From Candidatus Gottesmanbacteria bacterium (GTDB lineage: Bacteria; Patescibacteriota; Microgenomatia; 2-02-FULL-39-11): 64,000 bases of DNA. Location of the stretch: contig JACPKY010000002.1 in the NCBI GenBank assembly GCA_016186795.1, positions 861,892 through 925,891 of the forward strand, read 5' to 3'. The position numbers were made by a program, and so were the translations under genes. Below the pieces are notes generated by a model. The model ran no database searches, was not told the origin of the DNA, and saw only the letters and a program-made list of their open reading frames with translations. The first letter of the stretch is position 1. The number at the start of each line of letters is the position of its first letter. Positions 45,165 to 54,370 of this stretch are shown piece by piece.

Positions 45165-45616
45165 TGAAACAATTGTTCATTATCCTAATTACTGGTATTT
45201 TTTTCTTTTCAACACCTGTGCTTTCCGTCGATTCTTCAACGGGATTAGGATGCAGCGGTACAGGGAACCCTTTTGGGCCGCTTGCGAGCTTCCTTTGTGA
45301 ATTTAGTCCTGGTGCTAGTGAAGAAAACACAGCAGCTGTGGGAAATAAATTAAATTTCACCTTAAGTAGAATCATAGGCTTTTTAACAATTGTTGCAGCA
45401 CTGTGGTTTATCATCCAAATTATCACCGGCGGCTACCAATGGATTTCATCAGGAGGAGATAAACATGGAGTGGAAACGGCACGCGATAAAATGACGTGGG
45501 CATTTATTGGCCTTCTTGTTGTCGTTTTGGGATGGGTCATTGCTGGAGTTGTAGGAAGAATGCTCGGACTTGATATACTAAATCCGGGAAGTCTCCTGCC
45601 AACACTTGGGCTGTAA
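45161..45616 (+). CDS. VirB2-like CPR pilin
   Basis: GGYQWISSGGDKHGVETAR. Confidence 0.87.
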   Translation: MMKQLFIILITGIFFFSTPVLSVDSSTGLGCSGTGNPFGPLASFLCEFSPGASEENTAAVGNKLNFTLSRIIGFLTIVAALWFIIQIITGGYQWISSGGDKHGVETARDKMTWAFIGLLVVVLGWVIAGVVGRMLGLDILNPGSLLPTLGL

Positions 45617-45622
45617 AAAACT

Positions 45623-45994
45623 ATGAATCACCCGATACTTCTTGCACAAATATCGCCAATAACAAATCCGGTTATAACCAACATTGCGCAACGAACTCCG
45701 GATGAGGCGCCTGTTGTCTTTGCGAAATTTTTTGCAGCTTTGGTTGGCCTTCTCCTTACCGGGGCAACGCTTTTTGCGTTGATACAACTTTTTATCGGAG
45801 CTCTCCAATGGATAGCATCCAGTGGAGATAAAACAGCACTAGAAAATGCCCGTGAACGGATTATCCAAGCAATTGTCGGTCTTGTCATTACTTTTGCCGT
45901 ATGGTCAATTTATCTTATTATCCTTCAATTTTTGGGGATATCACCGATTGGAACAGGAGGATCATTTAATATCGTCATTCCCTCTCTTTTATAA
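45623..45994 (+). CDS. VirB2-like CPR pilin
   Basis: ALQWIASSGDKTALENAR. Confidence 0.87.
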   Translation: MNHPILLAQISPITNPVITNIAQRTPDEAPVVFAKFFAALVGLLLTGATLFALIQLFIGALQWIASSGDKTALENARERIIQAIVGLVITFAVWSIYLIILQFLGISPIGTGGSFNIVIPSLL

Positions 45995-46028
45995 AGATAT
46001 TTGCTGTTTCCCGAATTCATGGATACTC

Positions 46029-46057
46029 TTGACAAGATGAAAAGTACATTCCATACT
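46029..46057 (+). promoter_or_regulatory. sigma70 promoter
   Basis: TTGACA-17-CATACT, ATG 6 nt downstream; near-duplicate at 46511-46539. Confidence 0.65.
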
Positions 46058-46063
46058 AGGAGT

Positions 46064-46462
46064 ATGAAGAGACTTGTATCTTTTGGCGGCGGTGTAGCTA
46101 CGGTTCTTCTTGCCTCATCGTACACATTTGCAGCCGAGACAAAAATAGTCGTCTCGCAACCTCCAAATCTGAAGATTACTAATTTCGGCAAACTCATTGG
46201 AGCTGCGATTGGGGTTGCTCTCGTCCTTGCAACCCTTGCTGCATTCTTCTTCCTTCTCTGGGGTGGTATCCAATGGATCACCTCAGGAGGAGACAAAGCG
46301 GGGGTTGAATCGGCACAACATAGAATCCAGGCAGCACTTCTTGGTCTTCTTATCGTCTTTTCTAACATCTTCCAGTTTACGATACCCAGTGCTGCAACGA
46401 TTACTAATCCTGCTCCCTTTCTTCCTCCTGGTAACCCTGTTGACAACTATCCTAACGAGTAG
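46064..46462 (+). CDS. VirB2-like CPR pilin; second TM appears shortened
   Basis: WGGIQWITSGGDKAGVESAQ. Confidence 0.8.
   Translation: MKRLVSFGGGVATVLLASSYTFAAETKIVVSQPPNLKITNFGKLIGAAIGVALVLATLAAFFFLLWGGIQWITSGGDKAGVESAQHRIQAALLGLLIVFSNIFQFTIPSAATITNPAPFLPPGNPVDNYPNE
46223..46364 (+). repeat. 142-bp exact repeat, copy 1
   Basis: Identical to 46708-46849. Confidence 0.92.
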
Positions 46463-46510
46463 AAACAGGAATCTCGACGACTAGTGGAATAGAGGGTAAA
46501 AACTCTACCC

Positions 46511-46539
46511 TTGACAAGTGAAAAAGAACATACCATACT
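46511..46539 (+). promoter_or_regulatory. sigma70 promoter
   Basis: TTGACA-17-CATACT. Confidence 0.65.
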
Positions 46540-46548
46540 ATCTATATT

Positions 46549-46899
46549 ATGAAAAAGTTATTTGCTACTTTAACCGGTTTCACCTCAGTTTTACTCGCAT
46601 CTTCTCCCGCATTTGCCCAAGATACAACAATTACTATTTCAAGACCCGCAAATTTAAACATTACTGAATTTGGCAAGCTCATCGGGGCAATTATCGGCGC
46701 TGCCCTTGTCCTTGCAACCCTTGCTGCATTCTTCTTCCTTCTCTGGGGTGGTATCCAATGGATCACCTCAGGAGGAGACAAAGCGGGGGTTGAATCGGCA
46801 CAACATAGAATCCAGGCAGCACTTCTTGGTCTTCTTATCGTCTTTTCTATTCCTTTCTATGGAAAATTGGCCAGGCACGAATATCCCCTGTATTCTTAA
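46549..46899 (+). CDS. VirB2-like CPR pilin; 3' end apparently truncated
   Basis: Same core as 46064; after LLIVFS reads into the next gene out of frame. Confidence 0.7.
   Translation: MKKLFATLTGFTSVLLASSPAFAQDTTITISRPANLNITEFGKLIGAIIGAALVLATLAAFFFLLWGGIQWITSGGDKAGVESAQHRIQAALLGLLIVFSIPFYGKLARHEYPLYS
46708..46849 (+). repeat. 142-bp exact repeat, copy 2
   Basis: Identical to 46223-46364. Confidence 0.92.
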
Positions 46900-47212
46900 G
46901 ATAGACGTAGGAGGAGGGAAAACCGTCGATGTCCCCACCTTTAAATGCTTAGAAGCAATATTTTCAAGAATTCTCCTCGTTGCCATGTCCCTTGCTCTTC
47001 TTGCTCTTTTTGTCATGCTCGTTATTGGAGGATTTAAATTCCTCACTTCGGGTGGCGACCCAAAAGCAACGGCATCTGCCCAGCAAACAATGACGTTTTC
47101 CTTTGCCGGTATTATTCTTATGGCCGTTGCCTACGTCATCTTTCTAATCATCAAAGCATTTACAGGGATTGATGTCCTTAATTTCACCGTACCAACAGTC
47201 ATCGGCCCCTAA
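46859..47212 (+). CDS. VirB2-like CPR pilin
   Basis: VPTFKCLE, GGFKFLTSGGDPKATASAQ; start ATG 46859. Confidence 0.85.
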   Translation: MENWPGTNIPCILKIDVGGGKTVDVPTFKCLEAIFSRILLVAMSLALLALFVMLVIGGFKFLTSGGDPKATASAQQTMTFSFAGIILMAVAYVIFLIIKAFTGIDVLNFTVPTVIGP

Positions 47213-47258
47213 TCCAAAAGCTTGACTTTTCCTTTCCTGAAACGAATAATAAAAGAGT

Positions 47259-48827
47259 ATGCACTTTTCTGCCCGGCTATTTTGTTTCGTTTTTGTTTTT
47301 CTTGCTCTTACCCTCTTTTCCTTTTCCAAAGCCGTACCAATTCATGCTGGACTTTTCGGTGCATTTGAAACGAGCGCAACGGATTGTGATAAAAAGATTG
47401 GAGATGATTGGCAAGAAACTCAGACAAACCCGAGTGGACCAACTAAACTTTATGATTGCAAATCGGGCTATAAGGAAGTAAGTAATGCTCTCCAAGCATT
47501 CAACTGGCAAATTCTGGGATCGACAGATCAACGCTTGTACGAGGCCGGAGAAAAGGGAGCAGTTTTTGCATTTGCTCAACTTAACGACTCAATGATTGAT
47601 ACTCCTCCAGCAAGCGGTCTTGCATACACCGGATATGTCCTTGCAAATATAGGGATTTTCCCAAAAGCCTACGCTCAGGGTATTGGGTTTGTCGGGCTTC
47701 TTCCCCTTTTCCCTCTCTGGGCGGCATTTCGAAACATTGCCTACTCTATTCTTATTATCGTCATGGTCGTTATTGGCTTTATGGTAATCTTTCGTATGAA
47801 AATTGACCCAAAAACGGTTATCTCAATTCAAGCTGCGATACCAAAAATAATTGTTGCACTCCTTCTTATCACCTTCTCCTATCCAATTGCAGGATTTCTT
47901 ATTGACCTTATGTATCTTGCCATGGCTATTGCCATCAACATTATTGCAACATCTCTTCCTGAAGCGACATTTCCTGACTATATGAGAGACTCAGCAGATC
48001 TCCAAAATCTCTTTATAACAGGCGGCTGGGGAGCGCTCTGGGGTTCTGTCTTTAACTTTAGACTCATTGGAGATTTCTTTAAACAAATATTTCTCGGGTC
48101 CTCACTCAATACCGGAGTTGGGATAACAACTGAGCTCCTTAGCGCAATCATTTCAGTGGGATTCGGCGGCGTAGCAGGTGCTGCAGCTATTCCATGGGCT
48201 ATCGGAGGACTTATCGCACCAGTTGCTATCCTTCTTCTTATCATTGGACTCGGACTCCTTTTTACCGTTATCCGCATCACCTTCTTACTTTTGAATGCCT
48301 ATATTCAAATTATTCTTGCGCTTATTTTTAGCCCTATTCTTCTTCTTCAGGAAGCAATTCCCGGACGTTCTGCATTTGGTCAATGGATACAGAATTTAAT
48401 TGCCAACCTTATTGTCTTTCCGGCAACTGTTCTTGTCATCTATGGAAGTTGGATTCTGACAACATTTGCATGGAAATCAAACCTGTGGTCTCCGCCTCTC
48501 ACCCCCGTCGGCGGTGGAGGAGACCTTGGCGGGTCTGGAAATCCAATTGCTGTACTTTTAGGGCTTGGAATGATTTTTATGACGCCAAATCTTATCGCAT
48601 CCATCAAAAAAGCTTTCCACCCAACATCTCCATTGCCTATTTCTGCCGGATCTGCCTTCTCGCCTTTGACCGGTGGAATTTCAACAGGGATGGGGGCAAT
48701 GAGCCAGTTCTACTATATGCAACAACTATGGGGAGCACATGGCCAACCAGGACCGTTACAGGCACTTGTTGGGAAAGTTGCTCCATTCTTACGAGGAGGT
48801 CGTGGGGACCATAACAACCCAAGTTAA
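47259..48827 (+). CDS. VirB6/TrbL-like polytopic membrane protein
   Basis: LW..FRNIAY, LITFSYPIAGFLID, IILALIFSP..L..AIPG. Confidence 0.72.
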   Translation: MHFSARLFCFVFVFLALTLFSFSKAVPIHAGLFGAFETSATDCDKKIGDDWQETQTNPSGPTKLYDCKSGYKEVSNALQAFNWQILGSTDQRLYEAGEKGAVFAFAQLNDSMIDTPPASGLAYTGYVLANIGIFPKAYAQGIGFVGLLPLFPLWAAFRNIAYSILIIVMVVIGFMVIFRMKIDPKTVISIQAAIPKIIVALLLITFSYPIAGFLIDLMYLAMAIAINIIATSLPEATFPDYMRDSADLQNLFITGGWGALWGSVFNFRLIGDFFKQIFLGSSLNTGVGITTELLSAIISVGFGGVAGAAAIPWAIGGLIAPVAILLLIIGLGLLFTVIRITFLLLNAYIQIILALIFSPILLLQEAIPGRSAFGQWIQNLIANLIVFPATVLVIYGSWILTTFAWKSNLWSPPLTPVGGGGDLGGSGNPIAVLLGLGMIFMTPNLIASIKKAFHPTSPLPISAGSAFSPLTGGISTGMGAMSQFYYMQQLWGAHGQPGPLQALVGKVAPFLRGGRGDHNNPS

Positions 48828-48850
48828 TTTACTCTTTCACATCCCTCTTA

Positions 48851-48879
48851 TTGACAGACTACTCCTATTTCCCTACTAT
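48851..48879 (+). promoter_or_regulatory. sigma70 promoter, leaderless
   Basis: TTGACA-17-TACTAT, ATG 7 nt downstream. Confidence 0.7.
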
Positions 48880-48886
48880 TACCCCT

Positions 48887-49807
48887 ATGACAGATATTGT
48901 TGTGGGGGTAGATAGCGGAGGGAGTAAAACCGTGGCAATTGCAGGAACTAAAGATGGAAAAATTCTTGGCCGGGGAACAGCAGGCGCAGCCAACCCGCTC
49001 TCGGTGGGAATTGAAAGAGCTCTTGAAAATATTGTCACGGCAATAAAAAACGCCACATCAGATATTTCCGCCCCAACAATTGTCAGTCTATACGTAGGAA
49101 CAGCGGGAGGAAAACCGAAAGCCCTCAAAGACATGCACAAAGCAATACGGCTCACCTCTCTTCTGAAAATCACAGGAACTATTACGGTTGATCATGACCT
49201 TCGTACAGCGCTTTACTCAGGACTTCCCAATGGTGATGGTATTGTTCTTATTGTTGGAACTGGATCTGCTGCCTTTGGAATTGACAGGAATAAGAATGAA
49301 GTGATTGTTAGCGGCTGGAACCACTGGTTGGGAGAAACGGGTGGGTACGAACTTGGGATAAAAGCAATTATTGCTGCAACAAGAAGCTATGATGGCCGAG
49401 GACCTAAAACTATCCTTGAAAAAGTCGTCGCGGAAAAATTTGCCCTGAAACAGTTTGAGGATATTTCATCACTTATCAAAGCGCCCTTTGTTGATAGCCC
49501 AAAAATTGCATCACTTGCGCCTTTTGTTGCGGATGCTGCAAGAAATGGTGACAAAATCGCCATGAAAATTATCGATGAGATGGTAGAAGAGATGAACTGC
49601 ACAATTTCCGCCGCCGCAAAAAGAGTAGGTATCAAAAAGAATCTCAAAGTGGTACTGGTAGGAGGAATGTTTCGGATGAAAATAAATATTGTGGAAAAAC
49701 TCAAGATGAAACTCTCAAAATGGGCAAAAAATGCCAAGCTTATCTTTCCCAAGGAGGAACCTGGAATAACCGCTTTCAAATTTGCCCTGAAAAATATTAG
49801 TGGGTAA
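48887..49807 (+). CDS. BadF/BadG/BcrA/BcrD-type (GlcNAc kinase-like) sugar kinase
   Basis: GVDSGGSKT, IVGTGS, GW.HWLGE.GG, VLVGGMF. Confidence 0.88.
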   Translation: MTDIVVGVDSGGSKTVAIAGTKDGKILGRGTAGAANPLSVGIERALENIVTAIKNATSDISAPTIVSLYVGTAGGKPKALKDMHKAIRLTSLLKITGTITVDHDLRTALYSGLPNGDGIVLIVGTGSAAFGIDRNKNEVIVSGWNHWLGETGGYELGIKAIIAATRSYDGRGPKTILEKVVAEKFALKQFEDISSLIKAPFVDSPKIASLAPFVADAARNGDKIAMKIIDEMVEEMNCTISAAAKRVGIKKNLKVVLVGGMFRMKINIVEKLKMKLSKWAKNAKLIFPKEEPGITAFKFALKNISG

Positions 49808-51197
49808 ATAAAAGTTTTGCTGAAGTTTTTCTACCATCCATCTCAACTGCATATTTCCCTTTGTTATTCAGCCATTCCTGCATATGAGTTGCCGCCTCGT
49901 TTAGAGAGACTCTCTTGTATGGATAAGTAATAAGCGCTTCAAGTCTTTTGGAAGATGTTTGTGCAAGCCCGTCACATAAAAGGAGTGCTGATATTTCCAT
50001 TTTATTTTTTCCTCCGTATGAATGATGTAATTTCTTTTCATTCCCTACCCCTTTGAATGGATCTTTCTGTCCTACTTGCCCTGCTGCCCAAACAATTACT
50101 CTACCACTCTTTTCCACAACGTCACCATAATCTCGAAGTGTTGGAACTTCAAATGTAGGAATAAGAATGTCAAATTTCTTCATCCTAGTAATTACTTTTC
50201 TCAAAAGCTCATGTCCGTTTTGATCGTCTCGTTTCCCCTCCTTCAGACAGATTATTTTTCCTGGGTTAAGCGCATGAATTGCTGTTAGTTTCTTGTCGGT
50301 TCTGCCAAGAATAACAATTGTAGCATTGGGGAAAGCAGTGGTGGAAGTCAAGGCAAGAAGCGCCGCATTTGGACCATCTCCAAGGATTGCAATTCGATCC
50401 ACTCTCTCTCTACTCATAAATACCGGATGAAATGCCTCAATACAGCAACTGAGTGGCTCCATCGCCACAAGAAGTGATTCTCGCTTTTTTGGGTCTTTAG
50501 CAATCCAGGTATTTAATGTTTTGGGGACAGGTGAGAGCATATGGTTGGGATATGGAAGACCAAAAGGAGCATGATAAGAAAATCCTGGTAATTCCATGTG
50601 TCCTGGTACTCTTTTGCGTGTATGACGTCCGGCAATATCTCGGTGGCACTCAAGTGCAAAGCCGTTTTTGGAAATTTGCCAATGGTTGTCACAGCGAAGC
50701 GAAGCGTCAATAACGACTCGATCTCCTTTTTTTATCTTCTGAAAATCAATCTCTAAAACGTCATACTTTAGTCCGGTAATACTTTTTTTATCTTTCGAAA
50801 AAACGGGAACAAAGGCAGCAATTTTTCGGGGTTTATCTGAAGAATTCGGAGTTACCGAAACAATAACTCCGCTCCCTTCATGGTTTGGTATCTGTAAAAT
50901 TTTCAGTAACGTTTTTTTATCTCCCCCTATACCATGCGTTTGCAAAAGAGCGAGATTTTCCTCCAATTTTTGTTTTTCCTCAAAGAGATCTTTGTGAAAT
51001 CTTCCCCCCCAATAATATCCATGAGGGCCACCATCACTTCCACAGGGAGCAGAGTACGTGATTTTAATATTGGCAAAGCCGGAATGCGGGATATTTGCCA
51101 TATTCAGAGACGACTTAACGTATTTAACCGCAAAACCATCCTGAGGAAGGATTCCTTTCGGAGAAACAGAAAGATGAGAAATTATTTGTTTTTCCAC
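49797..51197 (-). CDS. divergent MDR (polyol dehydrogenase-like) oxidoreductase
   Basis: PCGSD, NHEGSGVI, GDRVV, EPLSCC, LGDGPN. Confidence 0.72.
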   Translation of the reverse strand: MEKQIISHLSVSPKGILPQDGFAVKYVKSSLNMANIPHSGFANIKITYSAPCGSDGGPHGYYWGGRFHKDLFEEKQKLEENLALLQTHGIGGDKKTLLKILQIPNHEGSGVIVSVTPNSSDKPRKIAAFVPVFSKDKKSITGLKYDVLEIDFQKIKKGDRVVIDASLRCDNHWQISKNGFALECHRDIAGRHTRKRVPGHMELPGFSYHAPFGLPYPNHMLSPVPKTLNTWIAKDPKKRESLLVAMEPLSCCIEAFHPVFMSRERVDRIAILGDGPNAALLALTSTTAFPNATIVILGRTDKKLTAIHALNPGKIICLKEGKRDDQNGHELLRKVITRMKKFDILIPTFEVPTLRDYGDVVEKSGRVIVWAAGQVGQKDPFKGVGNEKKLHHSYGGKNKMEISALLLCDGLAQTSSKRLEALITYPYKRVSLNEAATHMQEWLNNKGKYAVEMDGRKTSAKLLFTH

Positions 51198-51217
51198 TAT
51201 TCGTTCTATTGAGATAC

Positions 51218-52795
51218 CTATTGTTGGGTCGCCAACGCCTGCGAGGAACCTGTATGTGAAAATAGTACACCTCTATTACCGTGGTCAATAATGATCTTTC
51301 CTGATGTTGACCTATCCATTTCTACCGGATAGCTTCCCCGTCTATCTATCCATTGCTGCATTGCAGCAGCTCCTCCTTCCATACTCATATAAAAATAGGG
51401 GTAGTTCAAAACCGCCTCCAATCGTTTTGGATGTAATTGCGAAAGAGTCTTCATAAATTCAAGCGCTGTCCATTCTGCCTGATTCCATCCTCCATATGAA
51501 TGGTGAATTTTATCTGGATCACCCACACCTTCAAAAGGATCTTCCTTCCCTACCTGGTCAGCATTCCAAACAATGACCCGACCTTTTTTTTTGACAAGCT
51601 CTCTATAGTTCTTCAGAGAACCGACATGAAAGGTTGGAATAAGAACATCAAGTTTCCTCCCATCAAGCCTTTCCCGTATCTCTGAATGTGCATGGCGTCC
51701 TCCTTCCTTGTCCACATAAACTCCATGGATCTTCTTGGGATTTATAGCCTCAATTGCATTCACTTTCCTTCGCGTATGTCCGGTGACATAAATCTCTGCT
51801 TTGGGGAAAACAGTTGTGGAAGTCAAGGCAAGAAGCGCAGCATTTGGACCATCTCCCAAAATTGCAATTCGTTTCGGAATAGATTCAGTTTTCATTTCAC
51901 CCTGAATACCCATCAGAATCGGTTGAAGCGCTTCAAAACAACAGCTGAACGGTTCTGTGGATATAAGAATAGGAAGCCGTCTCTCGGGGTCTTCCTCAAT
52001 CCATTTCCGCAACTCAACTGGAACTTTGGTTAACATATGACTCTTGTACGGAAGTCCGTACTCTGCAACACTTGAATCTCCAATCATTTCGCTATGCCCT
52101 GGTACCCGTTTCCTATCATGGCCATCATCAGTTTTTCGATCGCATTTATCCGGAAATCCTGTTTTGGGATTGATTTGCCAGTGCTGATCACACCGAAGAG
52201 CAGCATTAGTAACAACCAAGTCTCCGGGCTGGAAATCCTGAAAATCTACATAAACCACCTCATACCTTGCGCCGATAACCCTTTTTTTATCACCAGAAAG
52301 TACAGGAAGAAAAGCGGCAACCGGACGCAGTCCATCTTCTTTATTTGCCTTTGTTGCCATCACAACTCCAAATCCTTCATGATTTGGAGTATTGAGTAAT
52401 GCTAATGCCTGAGCTTCCTCTACTCTCAACCCTTCCTCTTCCATAATAAAGGTATTTACCATCCGCTTTACCATTCCCTCTGCAGCTGCGACTAATGCTT
52501 GATATTCTTCTGCTTGATATTCTTCCTTATCAGAGGGTGTATCCGATGGGAAAACCGGATGTCCCAAATCTGCATGAGCCCGCCCTCCAAGATAATATCC
52601 ACCTCTTCCCCCATCACTCCCACATGGAGATGACATTAAATTTTGAACGTAAGAAATCCCTGGAGGAGGAACACGCAACATTTCAACAGAAGTATGTGCT
52701 AAAGATACCTTAAATCCCTGTTCAGGAGAAGGTCCATTTGGAACAACCTGTAAGTGGTCAACCGTTTGCTGAATATACTGTTCAGATTCAACCAT
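51218..52795 (-). CDS. divergent MDR oxidoreductase, paralog of 49797-51197
   Basis: PCGSD, NHEGFGVV, GDLVV, EPFSCC, LGDGPN. Confidence 0.72.
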   Translation of the reverse strand: MVESEQYIQQTVDHLQVVPNGPSPEQGFKVSLAHTSVEMLRVPPPGISYVQNLMSSPCGSDGGRGGYYLGGRAHADLGHPVFPSDTPSDKEEYQAEEYQALVAAAEGMVKRMVNTFIMEEEGLRVEEAQALALLNTPNHEGFGVVMATKANKEDGLRPVAAFLPVLSGDKKRVIGARYEVVYVDFQDFQPGDLVVTNAALRCDQHWQINPKTGFPDKCDRKTDDGHDRKRVPGHSEMIGDSSVAEYGLPYKSHMLTKVPVELRKWIEEDPERRLPILISTEPFSCCFEALQPILMGIQGEMKTESIPKRIAILGDGPNAALLALTSTTVFPKAEIYVTGHTRRKVNAIEAINPKKIHGVYVDKEGGRHAHSEIRERLDGRKLDVLIPTFHVGSLKNYRELVKKKGRVIVWNADQVGKEDPFEGVGDPDKIHHSYGGWNQAEWTALEFMKTLSQLHPKRLEAVLNYPYFYMSMEGGAAAMQQWIDRRGSYPVEMDRSTSGKIIIDHGNRGVLFSHTGSSQALATQQ

Positions 52796-52867
52796 AAGCG
52801 ATTATTTTTCTTCAAATGATAGTTTCCAGTAGTTTTTCGGATTTACCAGGCAATCTATTTGAACCAT

Positions 52868-53641
52868 TTACATTCTCTCTAATCCACCGTGCTGTAGGGA
52901 CGGTAAAAATCCATACTGGGTAAGAGGTACCCCTTCAGGATGGAGGCCGTTATTAAAAGGGTAGCCATCAAACGTACCTCCGGAATGAGGATCTATCTCA
53001 AGTAAATTTCCAACCACAAGATGAGCCCCTGCATTATAAAGTTCTTCTCGTGAAGCATGACCCGTCTCCAAACCTATTGTCCAAAATCCCGCATTTCTTC
53101 CTCCTTGAATATCCGATCTAGGAGAATCACCTACCATTACAACTTGGCTCGGTTGTAACCCAGGGATATCTCCTCTTACCATGTTGTATGCAAAATCAAA
53201 AGGCGCACGATCCGGCTTGGATCTCTCTGTTAAACCGGCTGTCACAACATAATCAACGAGAGGTCTCAGATCAAAACGGTTTACCAATGCAGCTATATAG
53301 CCAAGATGGCCGGAGGTAAGTAAAATTGTTCGCATGCCCTCTTCTCGAGCTCCTTCCAACAATTCCCGTGCGCCAGGATTTAAATTTAAATTTGAATTAG
53401 GACTTCGCACGATTCCTTCTACAATCTCTCGACGTTGCCTTTCGAGGGTATAAATATCTTCGGGCAACCCTAAATAATCTTTTGCCAGCTGAATAACATC
53501 TAATGGTCTTAATCCGACACGAACATCAGGAATTTCAGTAACTGGAGTGCCGAACAGCTGTTGCCACGTCGGTCGATGGACCGTTTCTTCTGAATCTCTC
53601 ACTAGCAAATCATCAACGTCTTTTATGAGAACTCGTATCAT
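52868..53641 (-). CDS. HAD-superfamily phosphatase
   Basis: DVDD motif I, LTS motif II, SKPD, VGDSPRSD. Confidence 0.88.
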   Translation of the reverse strand: MIRVLIKDVDDLLVRDSEETVHRPTWQQLFGTPVTEIPDVRVGLRPLDVIQLAKDYLGLPEDIYTLERQRREIVEGIVRSPNSNLNLNPGARELLEGAREEGMRTILLTSGHLGYIAALVNRFDLRPLVDYVVTAGLTERSKPDRAPFDFAYNMVRGDIPGLQPSQVVMVGDSPRSDIQGGRNAGFWTIGLETGHASREELYNAGAHLVVGNLLEIDPHSGGTFDGYPFNNGLHPEGVPLTQYGFLPSLQHGGLERM

Positions 53642-53650
53642 AATACCGAT

Positions 53651-53675
53651 AAAAAACCACGGATGCTACCGTGGT
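53651..53675 (-). terminator. intrinsic terminator in the HAD gene leader
   Basis: CCACGG-TAGCAT-CCGTGG then TTTTTT, 9 nt before the ATG. Confidence 0.55.
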
Positions 53676-53812
53676 GTATTTTGTAAAAATCTTCTCATGG
53701 AAGCTTACGTTTATGGATAAAAGCCATATAGATCAGCCTCATATTCATACTTTATCATACTATTAGGATAAAAATCAAGTCGGGGATAATTATAGGAAGC
53801 TTTTAAAGCAAC

Positions 53813-54364
53813 TTATAGTGATTGAGGCTCATTCGTTCCAACAATACTCTGAAATTGGGCATACTGAGGCTCTAAATCTTTTGATGTATCAATCGAAAAA
53901 CTCACATTGGGGTATTCCTCAAAAATCTTCTCCTTCACCTCAACATGGTGTTTATAATCGACAATGCTATCAGATTTTCGAAGCCGAACTCGTTCGTCCA
54001 TACGCTTTTTACATTCGTCTTCATCGCACACTACCTTCACAACGTAAACCGGGACTCCCATCTTTTGAGCAACTTCTTTTGCCATTTCAATATATTGAAT
54101 CTTCTGAAATGTCGCATCCAAAATCACATTTTTTCCCTGCTGGAGCATCAGTTCAGCGCAATAGAGCATAATCCTATAGGAAAGGAGAATTTCGTCTTTT
54201 GAAAACGGCATGAGAGGAACATTAGCACACTGATACGCATTGCATCCTAGAATATTTCGTCGGATATGGTTTGTCCCCAACACAAGTGCACCGGTTATTT
54301 CTGAAAGCTTCTGTGCCAATGTCGATTTTCCTACTCCTGGAAGACCATGAAGAATAATAAGCAT
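53813..54364 (-). CDS. small P-loop kinase (AAA_33-like)
   Basis: GLPGVGKST, VILDATF, lid R..R; 6 bp after RuBisCO stop. Confidence 0.85.
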   Translation of the reverse strand: MLIILHGLPGVGKSTLAQKLSEITGALVLGTNHIRRNILGCNAYQCANVPLMPFSKDEILLSYRIMLYCAELMLQQGKNVILDATFQKIQYIEMAKEVAQKMGVPVYVVKVVCDEDECKKRMDERVRLRKSDSIVDYKHHVEVKEKIFEEYPNVSFSIDTSKDLEPQYAQFQSIVGTNEPQSL

Positions 54365-54370
54365 AATAAA

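Noticed and set aside
46670-46858. 5' part of ORF 46670-47212
   Set aside because: Alternate frame of the upstream pilin; the real gene starts at ATG 46859.
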